This document shows, piece by piece, positions 14,341 to 25,863 of a stretch of DNA of 64,000 nt (within the stretch, counting starts at the first letter, position 1; each line of letters opens with the position of its first letter). The notes beneath the pieces were generated by a model that saw nothing but the letters and a program-made list of their open reading frames with translations, made no database searches and was not told where the DNA came from. The stretch comes from Eledone cirrhosa. Taxonomy: Eukaryota. Location: assembly GCA_964016885.1 (NCBI GenBank), contig OZ024743.1:56420001-56484000 (forward strand), written 5' to 3'. The position numbers were made by a program, and so were the translations under genes.

Positions 14341-14458
14341 ATATATATGTGTGTATGTGTGTGTGTGAGTCTATATATCACAATTATATATACATACACA
14401 CAAACACACATACATACATACATACATACATACATACATACATACATACATACATACA

Positions 14459-14490
<32 letters not shown>

Positions 14491-14535
14491 CGTATATATA
14501 TATAATTTTCATTTATATATATATATATATACATA

Positions 14536-15118
14536 TAGTAAACCCCCGTTACATCGCGGTTCACTTTTCGCGGTGGTCCCGTTACATAGAGAATTTTTCT
14601 TTGGAACGTATCTAATTTCCTATCGCGGTAATCCTCGCTACATCGCGGATTTTCCGTTAAAACATATATTTTCTTATCGTGGTACGTACGTCTGAATAAA
14701 AATTATTTAAAATTTAAACTTAATAGATAAGTTTCAATGTGATTGAAGTGTATATCTTAAAGCTTTAATTATAAAAAAAATGTTTTTATTTTTCATTCCA
14801 TTTCTGGTTTACTGATTGTGTTTTTCTCTAATCCTCTACAAACCCTTCATAGATATGCGGGAGATGTGCAGTGTATTACCAAGTGGCTACCGTGGCTGGC
14901 AATGTTCCTCATTGGTAACTAGTGGTACGATCGTTGGTGGTAGTTTCTATACGATCGTTGGTGGTTGTTTAAATACAAAAGTGTGTTTTAATGAGTTTAT
15001 ATGTACTTAAAACGTGTAAGAGAGGTATTTTAAGGCTTAAACTATATCGCGGATTTTCATTTATCGCGGTTTGTTCTGGAACGTATCCCCCGCGGTAAAC
15101 GAGGGGGGGGGATTACTG
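14536..15118. mobile_element. Tigger/pogo-like MITE inserted in (TA)n
   Basis: Left TAGTAAACCCCCGTTACATCGCGG; right end reverse-complemented CAGTAATCCCCCCCCCTCGTTTACCGCGG. Subterminal TCGCGG repeats, TA flanks. Confidence 0.72.
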
Positions 15119-15801
15119 TATATATATATATATATTTAACGAAAGGTATAATGAAAATTAGAATGTTTATATGTTGTTATTTAGATATGTGATAATAACA
15201 AAGTATAATATGAATATAAGAATATATGATTTGGTTATATATAGTTTACTTCACTTGAATCAATTAAAAGGTACAATAAACAAGTTACCATAAGTTGCAA
15301 AGATTGACAGTATTATTTTGTTGTTGATGTGAGGCTGTTGTAGTCTGTTGTTGATGGTGTTAAAACAGCGAGTTACAGATAATTGTTGCTGTTGTTTGAA
15401 TTTGGAATCCGTGGTAGTAATTCTTAGACCGTTTGTTAGTAAGATATGGTTTGTATATCTCTGAATGGTCTGTAATAGTTTGTAGACCACTGGAGCTTGT
15501 ACATGGTCTGTAGTAATAGAGGTTCCAATCTCTGTGTGTGTATCTGTAGACTTCATGGGGTCTGTTGGTAGACCAAAGGGGTCTGTTGATAGCAGTAATC
15601 CTTACATAGTTAGTTGTATATCCTATCGTTTCGATGTCTCTGTGTGTAATGGCTTGTACATGGTCTGTATATAGCTGTCACTTCCTGTCCCCACCTTGAG
15701 AGGACAGCCAACGAATCCACCTGTCTACACCAAAGAGAGTGTTGACCTAGGATTTAACCTTTAGGTATCACCCAAAGTTCAAAGCGCGGACAGATTTCGC
15801 T

Positions 15802-15885
<84 letters not shown>

Positions 15886-16104
15886 TAGTATAGTATAAAA
15901 GAGAAAACACAGGTAAGCATTAAGAGAAGGATTTTATCCAGGTATTTACGACCGTTTCATTGGTAAGTGCAACCTTATATTGCTATACTGCAAATAGCAG
16001 CCACTCAATTATAATTGTTGTTCACCGTACGTTGAAACCATCCATGAAACTGGGTTTCTTAACCAAGAACTGGATCACAATAAGCAATTTTTTGCTTCTC
16101 TAAC

Positions 16105-16227
<123 letters not shown>

Positions 16228-16279
16228 ATATGCATATATATATATATATATATTTATGTGTCAGGTTTTGTTTTTTGTT

Positions 16280-16850
16280 CTGCAGGGTGTCCAAAATCAC
16301 CCTCCTCACCAAGTAAACTTGGTGGGGTTGCCAGTTTAGTCGCCGACGACCCGACCATGCGACAGGTTGTACTGGTTTACATGTTAGGGTAGCCGGACGG
16401 GTCTGAAACCTCCCAGTGAGTTAGATAGGGGATGCCTACCCCTGCATGCGAAGACTGGACCCGGCGAAGTGAGTGGAGGAGGACAACATCGTCCCAACAG
16501 TCATGAAGGCGGCGATAGCAAGCGGTGTGGAGCGCTAGGGCACGGCAAGGCACTACAGACGTCGTGGCCATCCACTGCAGCCAAGGAAGTCCCTGGTTGT
16601 GACGGTCCTCCGCACCACCGGATTCTAGCTTCTGCGGCCGAGTGAGTGGGACCGTCACTGTGCACTGGCCCTCCCACTATAAACCTTTCCCGCACAGGTT
16701 TCTTCTTTAGCGTGCACTCCCAAGGCCTGCGACGATGGGCGAGAGGCGGAGGTAACAGGTGGAGGTAACCTCTGGGTCTCCACAGCCACCTCCGCGCCCA
16801 CGGTAGACGGGAACAACAATGAAGATGTCATCATCGTTTACGATGGACAA
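16280..16850. mobile_element. GC-rich non-coding fragment, probably LINE (RTE) UTR-derived
   Basis: Shares GGGTGTCCAAA(T)ATCACCCTCCTCACCAAG with 6514-6545, next to an RTE. No credible ORF. Confidence 0.4.
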
Positions 16851-16908
16851 CCAAGAGAGATATATGTATGTGTATGTATGTATGTACATGCATATATATA
16901 TACATGTA

Positions 16909-16957
<49 letters not shown>

Positions 16958-17033
16958 TAAATATATAATATATAACCAAGAGAGATATATGTATGTGTAT
17001 GTATGTATGTACATGCATATATATATACATGTA

Positions 17034-17072
<39 letters not shown>

Positions 17073-17080
17073 TAAATATA

Positions 17081-17121
<41 letters not shown>

Positions 17122-17128
17122 ATATATG

Positions 17129-17897
17129 TAAACGGAAAAAATGAGACGAAATTTCATTTCTCACTCTTAGTACGGCTGTTACTTAAATGTAAGTATGTAT
17201 ACGTACATATATGTATACAGACGTACAGTAGTATGTATATATATATATATACATACATGCACACATATATATATGTACGTATGGATTCACCGAACATTTA
17301 TTATAATGCTCGGTGTGTTTGTAAACAAACATCGCGTATTAAGCCGTACAGTGTCTAGCAACCATCGTTGCTCGTTTGTTCAACACTGAAAAAGGAACGC
17401 TGTACTAGTTTCAAGCTTATTAGCTATCGTCAGCAACGTATACCTTCCTGCCAGATGATTGAACGTCTGAAAGTATATACTTTCCTTATGCATATTAACG
17501 TCTGAGCAGTCTAATTTGCATATCGAGTGAGTTAATCGGCCGGGGTACCGAAAACGATAAACGGAAAAAATGAAACGAAATTTCATTTCTCACTCTTAGT
17601 ACGGCTGTTACTTAAATGTAAGTATGTATACGTACATACATATATGTATACATACGTACAGTAGTATGTATATATATATATACATACATGCACACATATA
17701 TATATATGTACGTATGGATTCACCGAACATTTATTATAATGCTCGGTTTGTTTGTAAACAAACATCCCGAATTAAGCCATACAGTATCTAGCAACCATCG
17801 TTGCTCATTTGTTCAACCCTGACAAAGGAACGCTGTACTAGTTTCAAGCTTATTAGCTATCGTCAGCAACGTATACCTTCCTGCCAGATGATTGAAC
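17129..17897. repeat. direct duplication of about 340 bp (period about 430 bp)
   Basis: TAAACGGAAAAAATGA.ACGAAATTTCATTTCTCACTC...CCAGATGATTGAAC at about 17129-17464 and 17559-17897. Confidence 0.85.
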
Positions 17898-18567
17898 TTC
17901 AATTGGGACACACGATGAAATCAATTCTGAGTTCATAAAAAAAAATAATTGTTGTGAGCAAAATAAATTTCCAATTTCATGGAGGAGGAAGGGGGGCTAA
18001 GAAAGGGTCGTGTGTGTGTTGACCTTTAACCAAAGGAAGCAAATGTTGTTAGGAAAAATAAGTAAAGGTAAACCGGACTTGTTAAGAAGAGCGATAACGT
18101 ACCTGTCTGTCCACTGTAGCGCTTATAACACTGTTTTAGCGGATGCTGGACGATTTGAATTTACCATTGCGGTAGCCGTCAAACAATTTCAAGTAGGGCC
18201 CCTTAAATAGGGTTGTGTGTGCGTTCACTGACAGCCTTAAAAATGAGGGGTCACCATCAACGATTACGGCCCTAAAAAGAGCCGTTTGATCGTTCACTTG
18301 CAGCCCTTGAAAGGACTGACTGCGTTCTCCAACGGCCGCAAAAAGGACTTCAGTTGCATTCATTGGCAGCCATTAGAATGACTCTGTATGCGTTCACGAT
18401 TTGTTCAGCCGCCTTAAATTGCTGCGCTGATTGTCAAGCTGGGTTCCTCTCTGAAGGCGATCACCTTAAACCGAGGGAAACATACGTTTTAGTTAAGAGA
18501 CTGTTTAAAAGCTCATCAGGCTGGCTAAAGAAATGGTGATTACGGACCTATCTCTTCGGTGTTGCAT

Positions 18568-20325
18568 TTACAACACCTCGTTGTAAACGATGTTTCTTGT
18601 TTTTCCTCGGCATGCAAATGCGAAAAGACTTTCCCTGCTGCACACTCTAGGGCACCAACGTATAATTGTCCGTGGGAGAAACACGGTTCTTCCAGAAGAA
18701 GTCAGGCCACAGAAAGAATCTGGCCCTGAGACTTGTTGATGGACATAGCAAAACTGACCCGAAGCGGAAATTGGAGTCTTCGGAAGGTGACCGGAATTTC
18801 TCTCCCGAGGGAATGAGAGGAATTCTTGGAATAAAGACATCATCACCTTTTCCGCACCCAGAAAGGACTGTTGCCTCGATTACATGTGTCATCAATTTTT
18901 TTACAGCCAGCCGTGTCCCGTTGCACAGTTTTGGTGGTTCCAAATTCTGCAGCAACATTACAGGGGTACCAACGTTAAGGAGAAGCATGTAAAGCGGTAG
19001 TCCTGGGGGCTCCAAAGAATTGAGAAACTCCGGCGGAAAGTTCACCACTTCATTGGGATCTGGCATCGTGTCAACAGATTTGTAAGTGTGAAGAACACCA
19101 GGAAGGGAGTGCAGTAATTGGTCGTTGGTCTTGTTAACAGCGACGCTTTTTGGGAGCTAGCACTGCTCTTTCACACAACCATGCGTGGTTCTGGTAATTG
19201 TCTCTCAAATCTGGAAACACTTTGTCTTTCAGCTCCCCCGCAGAATAAACTGAGGTCGAAAATAGCCACACTTCCAACTTTCCTGCAGCGTCCAGAGGTA
19301 TTTTGCCGTCGTCAAGTTTCAAAATGTCCTGTGCAAATTCCACGGACGTTTGGTCGCCGTGTAATTGAGCTCTCATGTTGGTTGTAAGAATCAGTGTCCT
19401 GACATGGGGCCACAGAGGAGAGGACTTTAAGCATGCTTGGACCTCATCTGCTCTTGTGCCTTTGAGAATGACGGGAAGAGTCTGCCTGAAGTCACCCGAA
19501 ATCAGAAGCGTAACACCTCCCATGGGAGCCTGGCAGCCTCTGATGTCCTTTAGAGCTCTGTTTAATGCGTCCAGAGCCCCCTTATGGGCCATGGTGCACG
19601 CAACCTACACAATGAGCTGACATCGTTTTAGGACTTGGCCCTGGTCGGAGGTCTTGCTGATGCTACAAGTAGGCGTTTCTGACGTTGTTAAATTGAGAGG
19701 CAATTTAAAACTGGAGTGTGCGGTCCTGCCATCGGGCAACAAAGTATCAGAATTTCCAGAAGAGGCAACAGCAACCGCAATGTCCTTGTGCATCCTGACT
19801 TTTGCAAGGAGGAGTCTCGTTAAAATGTTTTGCCCGTCCCTGCAGGAGCATCCAGAAAGAACATACCACCTTTTCTGTGGCGCACATGGTCGGCAACAAT
19901 GGTGTAAGCACAACGTTGGTCCGGAAGGAGTTGTGGTTCAGTTTCAAGGGCGTACTTGGTAAGAGCATCGACGTCGTAGGACGTTTCCCGGAGAAGAGCT
20001 GTAGGAAGTACGTTTGACCCTGTACGGATTATTTGGGGCAGACCATAGGAGGGCAAATAATTTCCGCCGAGTGATGCAACTCTATCCTCTATGTCAATCA
20101 ACGCTAGATTGAAGACCTCGTCGCTGTAACGTTCCATCTCAGGGTATTGCACTTGCGCCTGACGTTTGTAGTCCTCGGATAAGTGATCTTTATACTTGAG
20201 CCACAAAGAGATAGGATTACTCAGTTCGCAAGTTTGCAGCAGTACTGCAAATAGAGCTTGTAGGCGCATAGGCGATTGAGATGCAACAGCTTCGAATAAA
20301 GTGGCATCCCACTGCGCACCGTCTT
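18568..20325 (-). pseudogene. Helitron Rep-Hel relic, PIF1-family helicase region, frameshifted
   Basis: DAPAGTGKTF (Walker A), AVASSG, GRTAHSSFKLP, SGDFRQTLPVI, NMRA, VMLLQNLEPPKLCNGTRL and FIPRIPLIP spread over several frames. Confidence 0.9.
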
Positions 20326-20738
20326 CACTCACCCTAATCCCGTCGCCAGAAATTACTGCTATGTGTAGTAGAGGTGTTATGAACTCTCTTGCCTCTCCCT
20401 GGGTTGCCCGTCCCCTACATATCTACACCCACACGAACGTGTGCTCACACATATACAGACATTCCGAGCCATTAATCGCACACTTATCTGTGCGGTCATA
20501 CACACCCACAGACACACACACATAGAGTTTGCCTGTTTGCGTTCACACATGTACATACATTCATATATTCACTTCTCAGATATAGGTACACTCATACACA
20601 GACATACGCACACACGTACACATAAGGGACGCATATATATATACACATATATTTTTACACATATGTATATACATACACACACACATGGGCACCCATAGAA
20701 ACACACACGTACATATGCAGTCGGTCAGGCCTACTCAT

Positions 20739-20770
<32 letters not shown>

Positions 20771-20809
20771 GTGAGACTGTGTATGGATGGGTATATGTAT
20801 ATATATAAG

Positions 20810-21028
20810 GATCGATCGACTTTCGTCAAATCGGACCGAGGAAACAATGTTTCCGTCGGTCTTTCCAGTTGCTAATACTATCTATCGGTCGCAACTCCAG
20901 GTAGAAGGAACAACGTGAAATAAAGTGTCTTGCTCAAGGACATAACGCATCGCCCGGTCCAGGAATCGAACTCACAACCTCAAGATTGTGAATCCAATTC
21001 TCTAACCACTCAGCCACACGCCTTCACC
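20810..21028 (-). mobile_element. SINE with family-B head and an alternative tail; sister copy at 59769-59992 (+)
   Basis: Reverse complement matches GTGAAGGCGTGTGGCTGAGTGGTTA...CTACCTGGAGTTGCGACCGATAGATAG...GACGAAAGTCGATCGA. Confidence 0.8.
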
Positions 21029-21295
21029 TGTATATATATATATATATATATATGGGTCCCTTATGTGTACGTGTATGCGTATGCCTGTGTATGAGTGTAC
21101 CTAATTTCTGGCGACGGGATTAGGGTGAGTGACACTCACGCCTGAATGGAAATAGTCAGTGGGCAGATTTAAATGGTCAAACACAAAGATGACGTCACGA
21201 ACTATCAACCAATCAGAGTGCCGCGCAAACAGGATGATGGCAGATGATAGAAACTCGAAGGGTAGGAGTCCAGCAGAAAGAGGATTTGCTTCGAA

Positions 21296-21388
21296 ATGTA
21301 TCTGAGGAACTTGCGAATCCAGAGTCAGGTTCGATCCACAAACAGATCGCACTTCGAGCTGTTTGCCGGAGAAACATTTGTAATACGT
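21296..21388 (+). ncRNA. hammerhead motif with extended (about 62 nt) stem II region
   Basis: ATGTAT-CTGAGGA-[62 nt]-GAAA-CATTTG-TA-ATACGT, immediately followed by AATAAA, with (TA)n about 40 nt later. The stem II base is imperfect. Confidence 0.6.
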
Positions 21389-21473
21389 AATAAATTGTGT
21401 TCCGATGCATCACTGATTTTTCGTTTTCCATATTATATATATATATATATATATATATACATACATACACACT

Positions 21474-21538
<65 letters not shown>

Positions 21539-21739
21539 TTAGTTATACTATTTATGGTTATGTAAATACAAAACCTTAAGCAGTTATAAGTATTTTACAC
21601 ACACCCTAAATAGTGGTAGGCAGTAATGTATTACTACCTTATTACCAGTAAGTTAAGTAGCTCAATGTAAAAACATCAGATGATTTACAGAGCAGTTATA
21701 TGAAATATAAGAATCAAAGAACTGTTCAAAACATTATTG

Positions 21740-21786
21740 TGCTTACAATTGTTTCCTCCAAACCGAGGTTTGGATTCTTCGGAGCA
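21740..21786 (-). ncRNA. minimal hammerhead, core CCGAAGA, stem III CAATTG
   Basis: TGCT-CCGAAGA-ATCCAAACCTCGGTTTGGAG-GAAA-CAATTG-TA-AGCA. Confidence 0.72.
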
Positions 21787-21915
21787 ATTTATTAATGCAT
21801 GGATAGTTATATGACCTCCTTTTCAGCCGAGAGACATACCGATACATATTCAGTATGTATCGGTATGTCTCTCGGCTGAAAAGGAGGTCATATAACTGTC
21901 CATGCATTAATAAAT

Positions 21916-21962
21916 TGCTCCGAAGAATCCAAACCTCGGTTTGGAGGAAACAACTGTAAGCA
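21916..21962 (+). ncRNA. minimal hammerhead, core CCGAAGA, stem III CAACTG
   Basis: TGCT-CCGAAGA-ATCCAAACCTCGGTTTGGAG-GAAA-CAACTG-TA-AGCA. Confidence 0.68.
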
Positions 21963-22002
21963 CAATAATGTTTTGAACAGTTCTTTGATTCTTATATTTC
22001 AT

Positions 22003-22050
<48 letters not shown>

Positions 22051-22257
22051 CATACACTCACACACTCACACACACACACACTTATATATATGTATATATA
22101 TATATAAGGTTAACCAAAGAGAATTAAAATTGCCAATCAATAATATATTTAAGCTGAATATGTTTATGTCATTATAGATAGAAAAATAGAAGAGGGTTGA
22201 AGAAAATGTAACATATCTAACACAGATTCAGATGATGAAATAAGTTTCTTAAATCAT

Positions 22258-22396
22258 TTATTACCTTACAATTGTTTCAATACAGTCGTCAAATAATACT
22301 AATGCCAGGACAGTATAATAAAGAAATAACAAGGAAAACATACTCATTGAATATAGCTAAGTATCAGTGATTGAAGTATATCTTCAGACGTAATAA
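22258..22396 (-). ncRNA. hammerhead motif with about 102-nt stem II insert
   Basis: TTATTACGT-CTGAAGA-TATAC...GTATT-GAAA-CAATTG-TA-AGGTAATAA(A). Stem I has 8/9 pairs; stem III is palindromic. Confidence 0.6.
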
Positions 22397-22779
22397 TTAT
22401 AATCAAATATGAAAGTAAGTACTGGGACCGATATCATTGGCTAAATCAAGGCGGCGCCCCAGCATGGCCGCAGTATAATCACTGAAACCAGTGAAAGAAT
22501 ATATTGATAGAAGAATGAATAAACACAGATATATTAGGATGTGTTTCATTTCCGGGTTTCCCTGCGAAAATGACGACGTTTTTGTGAAGACAGTAACATA
22601 GACGAAAGCAAACTAATTCACATAGCAGATTCATTTGACTAATCAACCAGCATTGGTATTCTGAGATTGACGGAAGATCTGCTTAAATGAGCTATTCACA
22701 TTTTCTCGAATTCCATTTCATTTCGGATCTCTCATAGAACCACTCCACTGAATGACCTTCTCGGTTAACTGTCAGTTCA

Positions 22780-23045
22780 TTTACTGACCACCATATTTAA
22801 TTTCCACCAAGTTTAACGACCATGTTGTTTAACGACCTCATTTAAAGGTCACTCGTCTGTTCACCATCTGATTTAACGGTCATCTTATTTTATGACCATC
22901 TCGTTTAATGACCACCATGTTTGATGAACAATTTGTTTAACGACCACCTCTTTTGATGACCATCTCGGTTAATCCCCATCTTGCTTAACGACCACATCGT
23001 TTATCGATCATCTCATTCAACAGCCATCTCATTTAACGACCGCTC
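22780..23045. repeat. diverged minisatellite, unit of about 16-18 bp (TTTAACGACCATCTC-like)
   Basis: About 15 degenerate copies of TTTAA(C/T)GACCA. Confidence 0.65.
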
Positions 23046-24477
23046 ACCCCAACGATCGTTATCGTACGACGACCATCCCCACACCTTGATAACACCCCTT
23101 GTTATCGCCCACGACATTATGATGGGTGGTGCTCTCATGTCAATGTAGTATATTTGATACAACCACCATCATCACCACGACCTGAAACACCACTGCTATC
23201 ATAAAGTCTATGAACCTGGGAGTTATATCTACATTCAAATCCTATTATTTATCAACCTTTGCCAAAGCAATATCTGCAACAGAGAATTTGCCTACGACCA
23301 ATTCGCTCTGCGTCCAATTCGCTTTACGATTAGTTTGCTTAACAACAATGTAGGTGAAACAAAACCTGGTCATTAAGAGAGCAGTTGCTGTATACGGTTG
23401 TTGCCATACAGATATCTACGATAAGCTCTATATTTTAAACGTTTAGAAATCATATAGCTAGGTGCTTCTTTATGGAAAAATTCACTTATAACATGAGTGT
23501 GTTGTTCGAATAACGAAACAAGTAGCTCATGAAATTAACGTACAAGTAGCCGAGCATTCCTCAGACACATGTACCCTTATTATATTTCTCATGGAGATTC
23601 AGCGTGTCACAAAGTGTGACAAGACTGGCTCTTTGAATTTACAGACAACTAATGTTTGCCAGCTGAATGGACTGGAGCCACGTGAAATAAAGTGTCTTGC
23701 TCAAATTCAACAAATCGCTTGGTCCGCGAATCGTACATCCTAACCCCCAAACTATGTGTTTTCCCATAAACACGTATACTTTTAACGTAAATCTCAAGAG
23801 GAATATGTGATACAGGTTACATATTTGAACTATATTACAGTTCATCCAATGAGCTTCCATCCTTTTCTGTCAACTCAATGTCACTCATAAGGGTTCGATC
23901 AACCTAAAGCTAAAGCAGAAGACACTTAAAAGAACCAGGACCTCGTGATTGTGAATGTGAACTGCTTAATCACTTGGCCATTCTTTGTGAGTGAAATTAG
24001 GTAGACGGAAGCTGTTTGGAAACCTGTCGATTAGACTGTACCTGTAATTCAAAAGGTCAGGCTTGTCATATACTCTATCCCGCTGAATGCCTCTGATAAT
24101 TACGTTAAGGTTACACGTGTCTGTAGAATGCTCAGTCACTTCCCTGAGCAGGCTGGAACACTCGTCGTCGAAACTGGCTGAGGTCTATTCCACATTAAAA
24201 AAATTAATTATTCGTAATGTCGCGTATGAAATAGAATTTTTTAAGTGTTCTGTTTTAAAAATATCAATTAATGAAGTTTGCTAGGTTACAAGAAGCGATA
24301 GAATATAGCTATGTCTCTTTAGATTGTGAGTTCAAACCTTACCGAGGACTGCTTTGTCGTTAAGTCTTCCAGGGTCGATAAAATGAAAGGCCAGTCAAGT
24401 GCTGGGTTGATAGAGTCAGTTATGCCCTTTTCCCAAAATACCTGACAATGCTAGAAATTCACATATTAATTAACTTG

Positions 24478-24499
24478 CCTTCTTTCTTATCTTTTTCAG
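24478..24499 (+). promoter_or_regulatory. probable splice acceptor for the GPCR coding exon
   Basis: Polypyrimidine tract CCTTCTTTCTTATCTTTTTCAG ending at 24499, 206 nt upstream of the ATG. Confidence 0.6.
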
Positions 24500-24705
24500 T
24501 CATACCAATGAAAACAACGGTTTGAAACTCCAGCAAATGTGACTTTCTGCATGAGAAAATATATAATAGAATGATGTGATATTTCACATAAATATATAAA
24601 CAAATTAATGAAAAGAATAGAATGAAAATCTAAGAGGCGAAAAAAACTAAATTAAGAAAAATATAAAAGCGAACAGTCTAATAAAAGACATCTAGAGAGT
24701 AGAAG

Positions 24706-25863
24706 ATGGCTGCCATTTCCCAATCAACGATGCATCCAGCAGACATTTTTAACAAAGATAATGCTACACAGATTAATTTTTATGATAATGCCACTAACAC
24801 AACAGAATATGGATTATCTCTTAAAACATATAATATTTTAGTGGCTTATCACTATTGGTATGCCGGCATACATGGATATGCAGCTTCCATCGTTTGTATA
24901 TTTGGAGTTATCGCGAATATCCTCAACATAATTGTACTAACAAGAAAAAATATGATTTCTCCATCAAATATAATCCTCACCGGACTGGCTATTAGCGATG
25001 GACTTACAATGGCGCTCTATTTCCCGTTTGCTTTAAACAATTATGTTATCTATGGACCTGATCCTCCTGAAAGCCGTGACAGTATTGATGATGCCCGTTT
25101 TCTATTTACCTACGCCGTGTGTAGTGTTGTTGTGCATTCTATTTCAATATGGTTGACAGTTACATTAGCTCTCTTCCGACATATATTCATTAGGTATCCA
25201 CGCAAAGGAACCTATCTGTGTAGTATACCGAGAGCTAAACTGGCTGTAGTTCTAGTCACCATAGTAACCACTATAGTGTGCGTTCCGAATAGTGCAACTT
25301 TAGAAATCAAGTGCAAAGCGGAATATAATTCAACAATGTGGTACGTTGATTATAGGGAAAATACTGAAGCGGAGAGATTTCTCAAAAATATGAACTTTTG
25401 GGTGCAAGCGGTTCTTCTTAAACTGTTACCCAGTATATTCTTGACTATCTTGAGTATACTGCTCGTGAAAACCATGCAGGATGTCGATATAAAACGAAAG
25501 AGATTATTAAATCGATGCGGGAGGGCAGATGACGATGGCAGTAGAGAAAGGAAGACTAATCGAACTACCAAGATGTTATTAACAGTTGTAGTGTTGTTCC
25601 TTGTAACAGAAACTCCACATGGTATTTTAAACATACTGAGTGGAACTTTTAACACTTTTTTCAAAAATTATTACGTGTATTTGGGAGATACACTTGATAT
25701 TCTCACACTCATTAACAATGGCATCAACTTCATATTGTACTGCACAATGAGTAAGCAGTTTAGAGACACATTCATTAGAATATTTTTCAAAGATTTCATT
25801 ACCGCAGAGGTGGGTCAACACCAGATGGTGTCAACTCAAGCTACACGGTACTCGGAAGTTTGA
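24706..25863 (+). CDS. class A neuropeptide GPCR, myosuppressin-receptor/dmsr-1-like (385 aa, intronless CDS)
   Basis: Seven hydrophobic segments. Family motifs HGYAASIVCIFGVIANILNIIVLTR, LTGLAISD, HSISIWLTVTLALFRH, RTTKMLLTVVVLFLVTETPHGI, INFILYCTMSKQFRDTF. N-terminal N-glycosylation sequons. Confidence 0.93.
   Translation: MAAISQSTMHPADIFNKDNATQINFYDNATNTTEYGLSLKTYNILVAYHYWYAGIHGYAASIVCIFGVIANILNIIVLTRKNMISPSNIILTGLAISDGLTMALYFPFALNNYVIYGPDPPESRDSIDDARFLFTYAVCSVVVHSISIWLTVTLALFRHIFIRYPRKGTYLCSIPRAKLAVVLVTIVTTIVCVPNSATLEIKCKAEYNSTMWYVDYRENTEAERFLKNMNFWVQAVLLKLLPSIFLTILSILLVKTMQDVDIKRKRLLNRCGRADDDGSRERKTNRTTKMLLTVVVLFLVTETPHGILNILSGTFNTFFKNYYVYLGDTLDILTLINNGINFILYCTMSKQFRDTFIRIFFKDFITAEVGQHQMVSTQATRYSEV

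Larger units (their letters stand above)
21535..22005. mobile_element. head-to-head inverted PLE 3' ends (family C); palindrome 21697-22005 centred on 21851
   Basis: Arms of about 152 bp with 2 visible mismatches and a 5-nt loop TTCAG. (TA)n on both sides. Same family as 52130-52727. Confidence 0.88.

Noticed and set aside
15941-15960. GAAA-CGGTCG-TA half hammerhead on the minus strand
   Set aside because: No CUGANGA half within the TA-bounded fragment. Probably truncated, so not counted.
20326-21131. Transib/CACTA element with CAC...GTG termini
   Set aside because: No target-site duplication, and the right repeat continues into an HHR-bearing cassette.
25350-25821. Antisense ORFs within the GPCR
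   Set aside because: Shadow frames with no motifs.
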